Shown here: positions 36,810 to 49,940 of the stretch, in pieces | Numbering within the stretch: the stretch's first letter is position 1 | Layout of the letters: every line of letters starts with the position of its first letter | Assembly (NCBI GenBank): GCA_900552235.1 | Contig: URYZ01000001.1 | Span: forward strand, 177 to 64,176 | Direction: 5' to 3' | DNA from: an uncultured Mycoplasmatota bacterium | Lineage (GTDB): Bacteria; Bacillota_I; Bacilli_A; RF39; UBA660 | DNA: 64,000 nt | Notes under the pieces: model-generated | What the model was told of the DNA's origin: nothing | Seen by the model: only the letters and a program-made list of their open reading frames with translations | Database searches by the model: none | Program-made: the position numbers and the translations under genes

Positions 36810-37898
36810 CTATTTATAGTTATTTAATATATATTTTTCTATTTCTTCTTTATTATTTTTAACATTTTTAAGTAATATATTTTTTTCTAAATCATTATAT
36901 ATTTCCTTTAAAAAACAACCTGGTTCTTTATTTAATAATATACATATATCTTCAGTTGTTATATCTATTTCATTTTTATCTTTAATAACTAATTTTTCAT
37001 ATTTATTACTATATTTTTTCTTAGATAATTTTTTTAAATCACATACAATATTAATTTCATATAAACCTGTTTTATATAAAACAAATATATCATTTAAATC
37101 TTCTTTTAAAAGTTTATTTATATTATTAATAAGATCTTTTTCTTTTTTAGTAAATGGGTAATTATCATTTATTGTAATTGTACTCCACATACCTATTAAA
37201 TCTTTTGTTCTTAAAACATTATCTATATTAGTTAATTCTAAAACATCAAGTAAATCAAGTTCTTTTAAAAGTTTTACACCATAAGCTTTATTATCACTTG
37301 TAAATATTTTAGTTAATTCTTCTTTTTTTCTTTCATAAGATAAATCTTTAAGTAAATCTTTATTTTCTTTAATAGCTTTTTTTAAATTATCTTCTATTTT
37401 AAAATTTAAACAACTTGCAAATCTAATAGCTCTAAGTATTCTTAAAGAATCTTGTTTTATTTTAAAGGAAGCATCCCCGATTGTTCTTATTATTTTTTTA
37501 TTTAAATCTTTTTTACCATTTAATAAATCAATTATTTTTCCATCTTTATCCATACATATAGAATTAACTGTAAAGTCCCTTCTTGTTATATCTTCTTCTA
37601 AAGTATCGACATACTCTATTATGGGTTTTCTATTATTTATATAATCTATGTCTTTTCTAAAGGTTGTTATTTCAAATAAATAATCTTTTGTTTCTAATAA
37701 AATATTTCCATATTCTAAAGATGTTATTTTATAATCTTTAAATATTTCCATTAAATCTTTTACTCTAGCATTAGTACATATATCAACATCAATTGATTTT
37801 ATTTTTCTTAAATAATCTCTAACATAACCACCTACTACATAAGCTTTAAAACCTTTATTAGTTATCATTTCTAATATTTCTTTTATTTTATCATTCAT
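36810..37898 (-). CDS. cca: CCA-adding tRNA nucleotidyltransferase / poly(A) polymerase family
   Basis: KAYVVGGYVRDYLRK...DVDICTNARVKDLMEIF...RRDFTVNSICMD are polymerase-beta-like head motifs. Confidence 0.8.
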   Translation of the reverse strand: MNDKIKEILEMITNKGFKAYVVGGYVRDYLRKIKSIDVDICTNARVKDLMEIFKDYKITSLEYGNILLETKDYLFEITTFRKDIDYINNRKPIIEYVDTLEEDITRRDFTVNSICMDKDGKIIDLLNGKKDLNKKIIRTIGDASFKIKQDSLRILRAIRFASCLNFKIEDNLKKAIKENKDLLKDLSYERKKEELTKIFTSDNKAYGVKLLKELDLLDVLELTNIDNVLRTKDLIGMWSTITINDNYPFTKKEKDLINNINKLLKEDLNDIFVLYKTGLYEINIVCDLKKLSKKKYSNKYEKLVIKDKNEIDITTEDICILLNKEPGCFLKEIYNDLEKNILLKNVKNNKEEIEKYILNNYK

Positions 37899-37981
37899 AA
37901 GTGTACTTCCCTTCATACTAATTATAACAAAAAATATAAAATAAAAAAAGAAGAAAAAGAAAAAAGCCCTAAGGCTTCTTA

Positions 37982-38254
37982 TTAGTTTACTGATTCTTTT
38001 AATGCTGCCCCAGCTTTAAATGTAACAGCGTTTCTAGCAGCGATATTAACTACAGCTCCAGTTTGAGGATTACGTCCTGTTCTAGCAGCTCTTTTTGAAA
38101 CAGCGAATGTTCCAAATCCAACTAGTGGTACTTTATCTCCTTTTGCAAGTGCTCCAGTTATTACTTCAAATGTTGCATCAACTGCACGTGCAGCATCTGC
38201 TTTTGTAAGTCCTGCTTTTGTAGCTACTGCTTCAACTAATTCTACTTTTTTCAT
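37982..38254 (-). CDS. hup: DNA-binding protein HU
   Basis: MKKVELVEAVATKAGLTKADAARAVDATFEVITGALAKGDKVPLVGFGTFAVSKRAARTGRNPQTGAVVNIAARNAVTFKAGAALK is canonical HU. Confidence 0.95.
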   Translation of the reverse strand: MKKVELVEAVATKAGLTKADAARAVDATFEVITGALAKGDKVPLVGFGTFAVSKRAARTGRNPQTGAVVNIAARNAVTFKAGAALKESVN

Positions 38255-38401
38255 TTAAATTTACCTCCCTATAAATTTATAAGCAATTTATTCTCATACG
38301 ATGCTTACATATATAAAGTAACATAGTTAGCTTGTAAAATCAAGAAATTTGACTATTTTTTATAAATTTTTCACATTTTTTACAAAATTTGTTTTATATG
38401 T

Positions 38402-38430
38402 TTGATAAAAATAAAATAATATGATATTAT
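38402..38430 (+). promoter_or_regulatory. Sigma-A-type promoter for CDS 38455..39153
   Basis: TTGATA, then 17 bp, then TATTAT, about 25 nt upstream of the start codon. Confidence 0.45.
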
Positions 38431-38454
38431 TTTATTGAATAGGAAGGTATGAAT

Positions 38455-39153
38455 ATGGAAAAAGAAAATGTTGAAAAACAAAAAACTATTATTACAATAA
38501 TTATAGTAATATTATTATCAGTACTCATATTAGGAATATCATATGCGTTTTTTACTGCAGTAATTCATAGTAATAGTGAAAATAAAATAACTACTGGTGT
38601 TATTAATTTTTCATACACGGAAAACGAGAATGTTATTAATTTAGAAAATGTTTCAAGTATGACAGATGAAGAAGGTATTGCAAGTGAAAATTATTTTGGA
38701 TTTAATTTAAGTGTTACTGCAACAGGTACAATAAAGTTATATTATTATATTTACTTTACTGTAGATCCTACTAGTACATTAGGTAAAGATGCTGTTAAAG
38801 TAAACTTAACACAAGCAGAAAGTGATTCATCTACTATTGCAAGTGAAAGTCAAATCGTTAATCCAACTTACATTAGTGATTTAACATCTTTTAATTTAGA
38901 AACATTCAAATATGATAAAACTTCAAATGATTATTTACTTTATTTAGATAATTTTGAATTTGCAAATAGCTCTACTGCTAAAAAAAGATATTATAGATTT
39001 AGAATGTGGTATTCACCAAAAGGTACAAGTAATGTTAATATAACTGAAACAGAAGATGGAAACCATCAAGCAGTAATTTCAGGTGGAAACTTAAAATTAA
39101 AAGTTAATATCTATAGTAGTCAAACTGAATTAAAAATGATTACAAAGTCATAG
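38455..39153 (+). CDS. Stand-alone TasA/camelysin/CotN-like secreted protein (SipW-type signal peptide), with no C-terminal lectin domain
   Basis: TIITIIIVILLSVLILGISYAFFTAV...KITTGVINFSYTENENVINLENVSSMTDEEGIASENYFGFNLSV...KRYYRFRMWYSP. It shares the N-domain pattern with CDS 31858..33390 and 33577..35445. Confidence 0.6.
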   Translation: MEKENVEKQKTIITIIIVILLSVLILGISYAFFTAVIHSNSENKITTGVINFSYTENENVINLENVSSMTDEEGIASENYFGFNLSVTATGTIKLYYYIYFTVDPTSTLGKDAVKVNLTQAESDSSTIASESQIVNPTYISDLTSFNLETFKYDKTSNDYLLYLDNFEFANSSTAKKRYYRFRMWYSPKGTSNVNITETEDGNHQAVISGGNLKLKVNIYSSQTELKMITKS

Positions 39154-39230
39154 AAATATGGCTTTTTTCTTTTAATGATTATTGACTTATTAATATTAAC
39201 ATAATATAATTTGATTAACGGAGTGGAAGT

Positions 39231-40715
39231 ATGTTAGAAAATATAATTAGTGCAATTGGACAAAGTTATGAAACTAGTAGAACTATCTATAATATATTTG
39301 GTAGTGTATTAGGAATAATGACAATATATAAAACAGTTTATTTCTTAATAGGTCTTTTTTTTACAAGAAAGTTTAAACCTGCTAAAAATAAACATAAATA
39401 TGGAATATTAATAGCAGCAAGAAATGAAGAAGCTGTTATTGGTAATTTATTAGATAGTATTAATAAACAAGATTATCCTAAAAATCTAGTAGATGTTTTT
39501 GTTGTAGCAGATAACTGTAATGATAATACAGCAAAAATTGCAAGAAGTTATGGTGCAAAATGTTATGAAAGATTTGATAACGAACATAAAACAAAAGGAT
39601 TTGCCCTACAATTTTTATTTGAAAATATAAAAAAAGATTATGGTATAGAAAGTTATGAAGGTTACTTTATATTTGATGCCGATAACTTATTAAATAAAAA
39701 TTATATTACTAAAATGAATGATGCTTTTGATAGTGGTGAGAAAATAATTACTTCATATAGAAACACAAAAAACTTCGATGAAAACTGGATAGCGTCAACA
39801 TATGCAATACACTGGTTAAGAAGTATTCGTGCTAATCATAGAGCACGTAGTGTTTTACATCTTGCTACAAATATTCAAGGAACAGGTTTTTTATTTGCTA
39901 ATGAAGTAGTTAGAAATGGTTGGAAATATACAGGATTAACAGAAGACAGAGCATTAACTGCTGATGCTGTTAGTCGTGGTTATGAAATAACTTATCAAGA
40001 TGAAGCAGAATTTTTTGATGAACAACCAATTAGTTTAAAAGTTGCTTTAAGACAAAGACTACGTTGGAGTAAAGGTCACTTAATGGCGTTTTGTGAATCT
40101 GGCCCTCAACTATTTGTTAATATTTTCTTTGGTAAATTATTTATAAAAGATAACTGGGGAAAAGTTGAAAAAGAAAGAAGCTTTTTTGGAAAAATAGTTG
40201 AATCAATTAGACATAGATTTGCGTCTTATGATACTTTAATGCAACTTACTCCCCTAGTTGTTATTAACTTAATTAGATGGTTAATTGTCAGTGTATTTAT
40301 TTATGCATGTTACTCATATTTAAATGGAATTAATAACCTATATATCTTTGGAGGAAGTACATTTGTTGCAAAACTATTATCAATGTTATTTAATAAGCCT
40401 TATATAAATGTTGAGCCTGGTGTAAAAGCATTCTTTATATCAATGTTAATGGCAATTTGGTTAAGGTTATTATACCGAATTGGTAGATATTTTATTAATA
40501 TGTGGGTAGCTGTTTATGTCTTTATTATAGAAAGAAAAAGAATTAAAAAGATCCCATTTAAAAAGAAAGTTTTATATACATTAACATGGCCTACTTTTGA
40601 TATTATAGGAAGATATACAATTTATTTAGCTTTATTTGTTAAAGTAACTTGGAAACCAATTCCACATGTTAGTAAAGTTACTATTGATGAAGTTGATACA
40701 TCAAAAAAAGAATGA
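39231..40715 (+). CDS. Processive family-2 glycosyltransferase (polysaccharide synthase; cellulose-synthase/PgaC-like)
   Basis: It has an N-terminal TM helix, a GT2 domain with DxD (FDADN) and RQRLRWSKGH (QxxRW), then 4-5 C-terminal TM helices. Confidence 0.7.
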   Translation: MLENIISAIGQSYETSRTIYNIFGSVLGIMTIYKTVYFLIGLFFTRKFKPAKNKHKYGILIAARNEEAVIGNLLDSINKQDYPKNLVDVFVVADNCNDNTAKIARSYGAKCYERFDNEHKTKGFALQFLFENIKKDYGIESYEGYFIFDADNLLNKNYITKMNDAFDSGEKIITSYRNTKNFDENWIASTYAIHWLRSIRANHRARSVLHLATNIQGTGFLFANEVVRNGWKYTGLTEDRALTADAVSRGYEITYQDEAEFFDEQPISLKVALRQRLRWSKGHLMAFCESGPQLFVNIFFGKLFIKDNWGKVEKERSFFGKIVESIRHRFASYDTLMQLTPLVVINLIRWLIVSVFIYACYSYLNGINNLYIFGGSTFVAKLLSMLFNKPYINVEPGVKAFFISMLMAIWLRLLYRIGRYFINMWVAVYVFIIERKRIKKIPFKKKVLYTLTWPTFDIIGRYTIYLALFVKVTWKPIPHVSKVTIDEVDTSKKE

Positions 40716-40730
40716 TTTTTTCATTCTTTT

Positions 40731-42206
40731 TTATATTACTATTGCTATTAAATTATTTGAACCTTTATTTACAACTTTAGACATTGTTTGTTGAATTTTA
40801 TATCTAATATTTTCAGGCATCATAGCTATTTTAGATTGGATACCCTCTTGAACAATTACATCAAGGCTTCTTCCAAATATTTCACTATTCCAAATATTCT
40901 TAGGGTCAGTTTCGCTGCCCTTCATTAGATAGTCTATTAATTCTTTACTTTGTACTTCGCTACCTATAATTGGTTCGAATGTACTTTCAACATCTACCCT
41001 AATCATATGAATTGAAGGTGCAGTTGCTTTAAGCTTAATTCCATATCTGCTTCCTTGTTTCGTTATTTCAGGTGTATCTAATTTCATATCATTTAATGTT
41101 GGATTAGCAACACCATAACCAGTTGTTTTAACCATTTTAAGAGCAACTTTTATTTGTTCATACTCTTCTTTAGATTCTTTATAATCTTGAAACATTGCAA
41201 GTAAATCAGCTTTTGTTGTTATGTCTTGCCCCATCATTTCATTTAAAACATTTGTAAATAATTCGTCTGGAGCTTCAAGTTTTACAATAACTGTTCCTGT
41301 TGAAGGATCAACTTTTGACATATAAGCATTTGTAATGTATTCGTTATTTTTAAAGTGTCCTGTTATATTTTCAACATCACGTAATTTATCAACTTCAATA
41401 ACGCTTTCTTTTATTGATTCAATATAAGCTTTTTTAACATAATGATCTTTTTTAAGTACCCCAATCCAACTTGGAAGTTCAACTTTAACTTCACATATAG
41501 GAAATTCATATAAAGCTTCCCTTAAAATATCAAATGTATCTTTTTCATTCATATTTAATACATCCATTGGTAGTACTGGAACGTTGTAACTTTCTCTTAA
41601 AGAATTAGCAAGACTTCTTGCTTCATTACTATTAGGAGTAGTTGAATTAAGAACTATTATAAATGGTTTATTTATACTTTTTAATTCTTGAACAACTTTT
41701 TCTTCTGCTTTTACATAATCATTTCTATCAAATTCTCCAATTGAGCCATCTGTTGTAACAATAATTCCTATTGTAGAATGATCTTTTATAACCTTTTCTG
41801 TTCCTATTTCAGCTGCTTCCACAAAAGGTATTTCATCAGTATACCATGGTGTTTTAACCATTCTTGGACCATTTTCATCTTCATATCCTTTAGCATTATC
41901 GATAACATAACCTACACAGTCAACAAGCCTCATATTACATTCAAGGTCATCTATTTTTACTTTAGCAACGTTATTTGGAACAAATTTAGGTTCAATTGTC
42001 ATAATAGTTTTACCACCAGATGATTGTGGTGTTTCATCAAGAGCTCTTTTCTTTTCAAATTCATCACTAATATTAGGAATTATTAAATTTTCTAATACTT
42101 TCTTAATAAAAGTTGATTTACCTGTTCTTACTGCTCCAACAACACCTAAATAAATATCTCCACCCGTTCTTAAAGCAATATTTTTTATTATTTCTTGTTT
42201 ATCCAT
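40731..42206 (-). CDS. spoIVA: Stage IV sporulation protein A (spore-coat morphogenetic ATPase)
   Basis: TGGDIYLGVVGAVRTGKSTFIKK...TPQSSGGKTIMTIEPKFVPN...RLVDCVGYVIDNAKGYEDENGPRMVKTPWY...IPFVEAAEIGTEKVIKDHSTIGIIVTTDG is near-identical in pattern to B. subtilis SpoIVA. Confidence 0.9.
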   Translation of the reverse strand: MDKQEIIKNIALRTGGDIYLGVVGAVRTGKSTFIKKVLENLIIPNISDEFEKKRALDETPQSSGGKTIMTIEPKFVPNNVAKVKIDDLECNMRLVDCVGYVIDNAKGYEDENGPRMVKTPWYTDEIPFVEAAEIGTEKVIKDHSTIGIIVTTDGSIGEFDRNDYVKAEEKVVQELKSINKPFIIVLNSTTPNSNEARSLANSLRESYNVPVLPMDVLNMNEKDTFDILREALYEFPICEVKVELPSWIGVLKKDHYVKKAYIESIKESVIEVDKLRDVENITGHFKNNEYITNAYMSKVDPSTGTVIVKLEAPDELFTNVLNEMMGQDITTKADLLAMFQDYKESKEEYEQIKVALKMVKTTGYGVANPTLNDMKLDTPEITKQGSRYGIKLKATAPSIHMIRVDVESTFEPIIGSEVQSKELIDYLMKGSETDPKNIWNSEIFGRSLDVIVQEGIQSKIAMMPENIRYKIQQTMSKVVNKGSNNLIAIVI

Positions 42207-42312
42207 ATTATTTCACTCACTTTCCTTTTTCTTTCATTTAAATTTATGAGAAAAAACAATATATATGAAAAAAAGTTCAAATTTTGAACTTTTTTATCAA
42301 TTTAATATAAAC

Positions 42313-42921
42313 CTATCTTGCTTTACTACCTTGAATTATACAAGTGTCAAATATTTCATTAATTCTATCACCTTTTACTTGAACACAAACTTCATCAGCC
42401 TTATTTATTTCTTCGAAAGTCAATAAACCATGTTGTCTTAATTCACTATCAGAATTAAAAATCGTTTTTAAAGCATCTTTAGCTGTAATTATTTTATTAT
42501 TTTTAATATCATAAAAATAATTATAATGTTTTAAATAATTAGTTTCATATGCAATAACACTATTTTTATTAGTTTCCCATGCTTCTGTTTCAATATCTAT
42601 TATGACTATATCTTTTTCTGTAACTGATGCTATTCTTACATTAATTAAATCATTTGTTTTACCTATTTCTTGTATAACATCTTTTTTTATAGTTTCATTT
42701 AACTCATCTGTTACACTAGTGCCGTTAACTAATTTAGGAATATTAATAACTACATTACCATTTGTTACAACTTCTTTATCGTAAACAAATTCAATATTCT
42801 TATTATCATCAACAGTCCCATTATCCTTATTATCATATGCTTTCCATAAACAAAATCCTAAAATAGATAATGCTAAACCAAGAATCACCCCAATTAAAAC
42901 TCTTTTCATATAAACATTCAT
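42313..42921 (-). CDS. Hypothetical signal-anchored protein
   Basis: It has an N-terminal TM helix. No family was recognised. Confidence 0.3.
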   Translation of the reverse strand: MNVYMKRVLIGVILGLALSILGFCLWKAYDNKDNGTVDDNKNIEFVYDKEVVTNGNVVINIPKLVNGTSVTDELNETIKKDVIQEIGKTNDLINVRIASVTEKDIVIIDIETEAWETNKNSVIAYETNYLKHYNYFYDIKNNKIITAKDALKTIFNSDSELRQHGLLTFEEINKADEVCVQVKGDRINEIFDTCIIQGSKAR

Positions 42922-42985
42922 TCCCTTCTTATATAGTTAATTATATCACGAATTTTATATATTTAAAAATAACAGTTTAATATTT

Positions 42986-44128
42986 TTATGCCAAAAAGAA
43001 ATTTACATATATTAGAAAAGCTAATACCATAATACTTATTATTATGCCATTTATTTTTAGTCTTTTATTTTCTCTATATTTAAGTCCTACAAGCATAGAT
43101 GAAAGTATTCCTCCAACTAATCCTCCAATATGAGCAAAATTATCAATTCCAGTTGATGCAAACCCAATTACAAGATTTATTATAATAATTGGTAACATTT
43201 GTCTAATTACAGTATTACCTAAATATACTCTATAATTATATCCAAAATATAACATTGCTCCAAATAATCCAAAAATAGCACCACTTGCTCCGATACTAGG
43301 GACATTACCATTAAACATAATTGACAATAAACTAGATATTATGATACTGAAAAAATAAATAAATAAATATTTTGTTTTTCCATAAAAACTTTCAACTTGA
43401 CTTCCTATAATATACAAAGCATACATATTAAATAAAATATGAAACAACTCTATATGAACAAATGCACCAGTAAAAATACGATAAATATCTCCATGAACGA
43501 TACTTGGCCCATGCGTTGAAAATAAGTTTATAAGTAAAGCTGTTTTATCAAATAGTACACCATATAAAAACACTAAAACATTTATAGCTATTAAAATATA
43601 TGTTATATAAGGAGTTTTTGGTTTAAAAATACTTTCTGCTTTTTCACTTTCTTCTTGATTTTTCTTAGCAATATCTGATGTTATCTTCATAAATAATTCC
43701 ATCCCATCTTCATTAAAAACCAATTTGTTTTTTATATCTGTAAAATAATTCTTAAATACTTCATATTTACTAATATCTTTTTCATTAGTTAGATTAACAC
43801 ATGTAATTGTATTATTTTTATTAGTATCTAAATTAACATTATCTCCTAAATCAACATAAATACTTAAAACATTCATATTTAAATTTAGAGTTTTCTTTTT
43901 AATATTACTAACTATTTTTTGTGTTTTAAATAAATCGAAATCTAATTGTTCGTTATTATGAATGTAATTTGACACGATACGAACTATTTTATAATCATTG
44001 TCCATATTTTCAAGCCAAATTTCTTCTTGCGCACCATGAAGAACAACAGGATTATAATTTTTTTCTGTTATAAAATAATGAAGTAATTTCATTACCATTT
44101 CATCTTTAACATTAATTTCCATTGTCAT
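42986..44128 (-). CDS. Rhomboid-family intramembrane serine protease with an N-terminal cytoplasmic domain
   Basis: The C-terminal 6-TM core carries GASGAIFGLFGAML (catalytic Ser) and AHIGGLVGGIL (catalytic His). Confidence 0.8.
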   Translation of the reverse strand: MTMEINVKDEMVMKLLHYFITEKNYNPVVLHGAQEEIWLENMDNDYKIVRIVSNYIHNNEQLDFDLFKTQKIVSNIKKKTLNLNMNVLSIYVDLGDNVNLDTNKNNTITCVNLTNEKDISKYEVFKNYFTDIKNKLVFNEDGMELFMKITSDIAKKNQEESEKAESIFKPKTPYITYILIAINVLVFLYGVLFDKTALLINLFSTHGPSIVHGDIYRIFTGAFVHIELFHILFNMYALYIIGSQVESFYGKTKYLFIYFFSIIISSLLSIMFNGNVPSIGASGAIFGLFGAMLYFGYNYRVYLGNTVIRQMLPIIIINLVIGFASTGIDNFAHIGGLVGGILSSMLVGLKYRENKRLKINGIIISIMVLAFLIYVNFFLA

Positions 44129-44163
44129 ACTTTCACCACCTTTTTAATTATTATACTATAAAA

Positions 44164-46309
<2,146 letters not shown>

Positions 46310-46421
46310 ATTACTTAAAAAAACTACTAAAAGTAGTCTCCTTTCCTTAACAACTTTCTGTGACAAATTATATCATATTTTATTTATATCTTCAAGAAAA
46401 TTTAAAATATTCCAAATAAAA

Positions 46422-46451
46422 GATTAGAGCAAACCCTCTAATCAACTTTTT
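46422..46451. terminator. Hairpin terminator downstream of ruvB
   Basis: GATTAGAG-caaacc-CTCTAATC is flanked by T/A runs on both sides. Confidence 0.45.
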
Positions 46452-46517
46452 TAACTGCCATTTATATATAGGCTGATTTCACCTGCTTTTTTGTTATTAC
46501 TTATTATTTAACAATAA

Positions 46518-47489
46518 CTAATTTCTACCAAAATAATTATATGCCTTTTCGGTAGCAATTCTACCTCTATTAGTTCTTTTTAAAAGACCTATTTGAATCA
46601 AATATGGTTCATTCATATCTTCAATTGTACTTGTTTCTTCTCCTAAAGATGTAGCAAGTGTTTCAATACCAACTGGTCCGCCATTAAACTTATCTATAAT
46701 AGTTAAAATAAGTTCTTTATCTGTTTCATCAAGGCCAATTTTATCTATTTTTAAACGATCTAATGCTTTATTTGTTATATCAATATCTATATGATCTTTA
46801 TTTTCCACTAAAGCAAAATCTCTTACTCTTCTAAATAATTTATTAGCAATTCTTGGAGTACCACGACTTCTTCTTGCTATTTCAACTGCTGCATCATCAT
46901 CTATTTCAAAATTAAGCACATTACTTGTTCTTTTGACAATTAATGTTAATTCTTCTTCCGTATAATATTGAAGTTTATTTACAATTCCAAATCTATCCCT
47001 TAAAGGATTAGTTATATCACCTGCTCTTGTTGTTGCTCCAACTAAAGTAAACGGTGGTAAATCTATTTTAATATTTCTTGTTTGTCCTTCACTACCAATT
47101 ACAATATCTAAAGTAAAATCTTCCATTGCAGGATAAAGAATTTCTTCAATAAATCTTGGCATACGATGTATTTCATCAATAAATAAAACATCGCCTGGTT
47201 CTAAGCTTGATAAAATAGCAGCTAAATCTCCACTTTTTTCGATTGATGGTCCACTTGCTGTTTTTATATTTACACCAAGTTCATTAGCAATTATATAAGC
47301 CATTGTTGTTTTTCCAAGTCCAGGAGGACCATATAATAAAACATGATCCAAACTTTCGCCACGCATTTTAGCAGCCTCAATAAATATTTTCATATTTTCT
47401 TTTACTTCTGTTTGTCCAATATATTCATCTATTTTAGATGGTCTTATATTTTTTATATCAACTTCTTTTTCTTCAATCATCTCATTCAT
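46518..47489 (-). CDS. ruvB: Holliday junction branch-migration helicase RuvB
   Basis: [22 protein letters not shown]...LFIDEIHRM. Confidence 0.95.
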   Translation of the reverse strand: MNEMIEEKEVDIKNIRPSKIDEYIGQTEVKENMKIFIEAAKMRGESLDHVLLYGPPGLGKTTMAYIIANELGVNIKTASGPSIEKSGDLAAILSSLEPGDVLFIDEIHRMPRFIEEILYPAMEDFTLDIVIGSEGQTRNIKIDLPPFTLVGATTRAGDITNPLRDRFGIVNKLQYYTEEELTLIVKRTSNVLNFEIDDDAAVEIARRSRGTPRIANKLFRRVRDFALVENKDHIDIDITNKALDRLKIDKIGLDETDKELILTIIDKFNGGPVGIETLATSLGEETSTIEDMNEPYLIQIGLLKRTNRGRIATEKAYNYFGRN

Positions 47490-47500
47490 AAGAAATCCCC

Positions 47501-48064
47501 CTATTTAAGTAATAATTTTAACGCTTCTTTTACTTGAAGTTCAATTGGTAATGTACTATCAACCTTATTTATAATGTTTTTATAATCTTTATCCTTATAA
47601 CCAAGACCTTTTAATACTTCTTGTAATTCTTCATAATTACTATCTTGAACTTCTATTCCATCAATCTTAATCTTACCTTTTAAATCAAGAATTATTTGTC
47701 TAGCAGCTTTTTCTCCTATTTTAGGAAATTTTTTCAAGTATAATATATTTTCCCTTTCAATTGCATCAACTATTCCATTTATACTACCAGTTGCTAAAAT
47801 AGGAAGCGCCATTTTAGGCCCTATTCCTTTTACACTAATAAGTTTTAAAAACAAATCCTTTTCTTCAAGAGTCTTAAATCCATATAAACTATTTTCATCT
47901 TCTCTTATTTGTTGATAAATAAAAACCTTATATTCTTTATTTAATTCAAATGAATAAGGATTAGCAACATTTATCAAATATCCTATATTATCCTTATCTA
48001 ATACAATATAACTTCCATATTGTTCTACTACTGTTCCTTTTATATAAAAATACATACATTTCAA
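47501..48064 (-). CDS. ruvA: Holliday junction DNA helicase RuvA
   Basis: [29 protein letters not shown]...[16 protein letters not shown]. Confidence 0.9.
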   Translation of the reverse strand: MKCMYFYIKGTVVEQYGSYIVLDKDNIGYLINVANPYSFELNKEYKVFIYQQIREDENSLYGFKTLEEKDLFLKLISVKGIGPKMALPILATGSINGIVDAIERENILYLKKFPKIGEKAARQIILDLKGKIKIDGIEVQDSNYEELQEVLKGLGYKDKDYKNIINKVDSTLPIELQVKEALKLLLK

Positions 48065-48206
48065 CTCCTAACTTAATTATATAACATTTATTATTTTTAA
48101 TCTATAGCTAAGTTTTTCTTACAACTCAATACTATCACACAAAACAAATGTTTGTCAATAAAATTATTAAAAAATTGTTACTATTTTAATAACAATCTTT
48201 TAAACT

Positions 48207-48872
48207 TTATTTAGCAAATGGATCAGTTATATTTTCATTTGAAATAACAAAACCAGTTGTATTTCTACCTAAATGTTTAACATTATTATTTTCATCTTTA
48301 AACATTATTTCTGTAGAAATACTTGTATAACCTCCTACTTGATACATAAGAGTTTTAACATTTGATGCTACTTTTGTCATATTAATACTTGTTACAATTT
48401 TCATTTCACCATCAACTATTTCACCATAAGCAAATTGTTTATTTGATAAAGAATAGTAAAGATTACCCTTATCATCTAATACTGCAAATGTATAATAAGC
48501 TGTACCTACTTTTACAGAAACCTCAACAGGTGTACCTTCAATACCTATAACTGGTATTTCATTATTGTCGTATCCTAAATATACTTTTTTATCCTTTATG
48601 TATAGTTTATTTGTTTCATTTGAAATAGAAATAGCATTACTATAATTTGTTTTTACATTAATAACATTTCCATCCAAATCCTTTTCTTCTTTACTATCAA
48701 GTAAAACACCAACAACACCATCATTTGGATAATAAGATAATTTTACTTCATCTTTTGTATCATTATCTTTATTAGGTTCATTAACCTCTTTTTTGTTTAA
48801 TAATTCATATCCTAAAAATACCAAACAACATAAAATAATTCCAATCAAAATCCCCACAACAGTTTTTTTCAT
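48207..48872 (-). CDS. Hypothetical secreted/membrane-anchored protein
   Basis: It has a signal peptide or anchor. No family was recognised. Confidence 0.3.
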   Translation of the reverse strand: MKKTVVGILIGIILCCLVFLGYELLNKKEVNEPNKDNDTKDEVKLSYYPNDGVVGVLLDSKEEKDLDGNVINVKTNYSNAISISNETNKLYIKDKKVYLGYDNNEIPVIGIEGTPVEVSVKVGTAYYTFAVLDDKGNLYYSLSNKQFAYGEIVDGEMKIVTSINMTKVASNVKTLMYQVGGYTSISTEIMFKDENNNVKHLGRNTTGFVISNENITDPFAK

Positions 48873-48968
48873 AACAATTCCTCCTAATTAAATAATATTA
48901 ACTTTATAAGGTTATTATATAATATATCCCTCCATGTCAATAATTTTATTATCATTTTTTAACAATAG

Positions 48969-49634
48969 TCATATCTTTACATTTTTTATTATTTTATATA
49001 TTCCTAAAGAATCTTTTATACATCTATAATGTGATGTTTCATTCTTTTTAGTTTCATATATTGTAGCAATAGGTATTTCTTTTATATTAATATTGTTCTT
49101 TAAAAAATATAATAAAATATTTATTTCATACTCATACCTACTACCTTCAAGATTAATAATATCTTTTATATATTTATATGGAATTAATCTTAATCCTGAT
49201 TGTGTATCTTTTATATATTTTTTAGTTTTATTGTACACAATTAAAGATGTTAACCTATTACCAAACCTAGAACTAAAAGGAACATGTTTTAAATTAAAAT
49301 CTCTTGTTCCTATTATTAATGAAAAGTTATCATCTAATAAAGAAAGTTTTATTATATCATCACTACTATGTTGTCCATCAGCATCAGCAAAAATAACACT
49401 TTCATCTTTAAAATTATTTAAAACATAATTAAGTCCTGTTTTCATAGCAATTCCTTTTCCTAAATTAATATCATGTTTAAGAATTATAACATCATTTTTA
49501 ATCTTATTAAAAACTTCATCACTACTACTTCCATCATTAACTACAATTAATTTTAAGTTTTTCTCTTTTTTTAAAGACTTTACTAAATTTTCTAATCTAT
49601 AATCTGGCTCATATGCCGGAATTATTACTATCAT
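48969..49634 (-). CDS. Family-2 glycosyltransferase (Dpm1/GtrB/CsbB-like catalytic domain)
   Basis: IVIIPAYEPDYRLENLV...IVVNDGSSSDE...VIFADADGQHSSDD. Confidence 0.7.
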   Translation of the reverse strand: MIVIIPAYEPDYRLENLVKSLKKEKNLKLIVVNDGSSSDEVFNKIKNDVIILKHDINLGKGIAMKTGLNYVLNNFKDESVIFADADGQHSSDDIIKLSLLDDNFSLIIGTRDFNLKHVPFSSRFGNRLTSLIVYNKTKKYIKDTQSGLRLIPYKYIKDIINLEGSRYEYEINILLYFLKNNINIKEIPIATIYETKKNETSHYRCIKDSLGIYKIIKNVKI

Positions 49635-49642
49635 AAAAACTC

Positions 49643-49939
49643 CTATCCCATAATCTTTTTTATTTCTTCAACTATTTTTTTATCATCTATCTTTTCTAAT
49701 AATTGTTCTAGCTTTTTATCCTTTTCATACAAATGTAAAATACTTTCATAATGTAGTAATTTTTCTTCAATAACTTTTAATTGCTTATGAACACCATTTC
49801 TTGAAATATTTAAATTTTCCTTAATTTCTCCCAAAGACAAATCATCAAAATAATAAGATGAAAAATATTTTTGTTGGTTTTCTGTTAATAATTTACCATA
49901 ATAATCAAATAAAATTGTTAAATAAACTTCTTTTTCCAT
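49643..49939 (-). CDS. ylxM: YlxM/UPF0122 putative HTH protein (SRP-operon associated)
   Basis: It is 98 aa with a sigma-70-region-4-like HTH, LSLGEIKENLNISRNGVHKQLK. It lies directly downstream of ftsY, as in Firmicutes (smc-ftsY-ylxM-ffh). Confidence 0.7.
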   Translation of the reverse strand: MEKEVYLTILFDYYGKLLTENQQKYFSSYYFDDLSLGEIKENLNISRNGVHKQLKVIEEKLLHYESILHLYEKDKKLEQLLEKIDDKKIVEEIKKIMG

Positions 49940-49940
49940 A

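Noticed and set aside
37982-38254. HU gene as a horizontally acquired island because of its higher GC (about 38%)
   Set aside because: The composition is explained by Ala/Gly/Val-rich protein content and high-expression codon choice. The flanking synteny is native.
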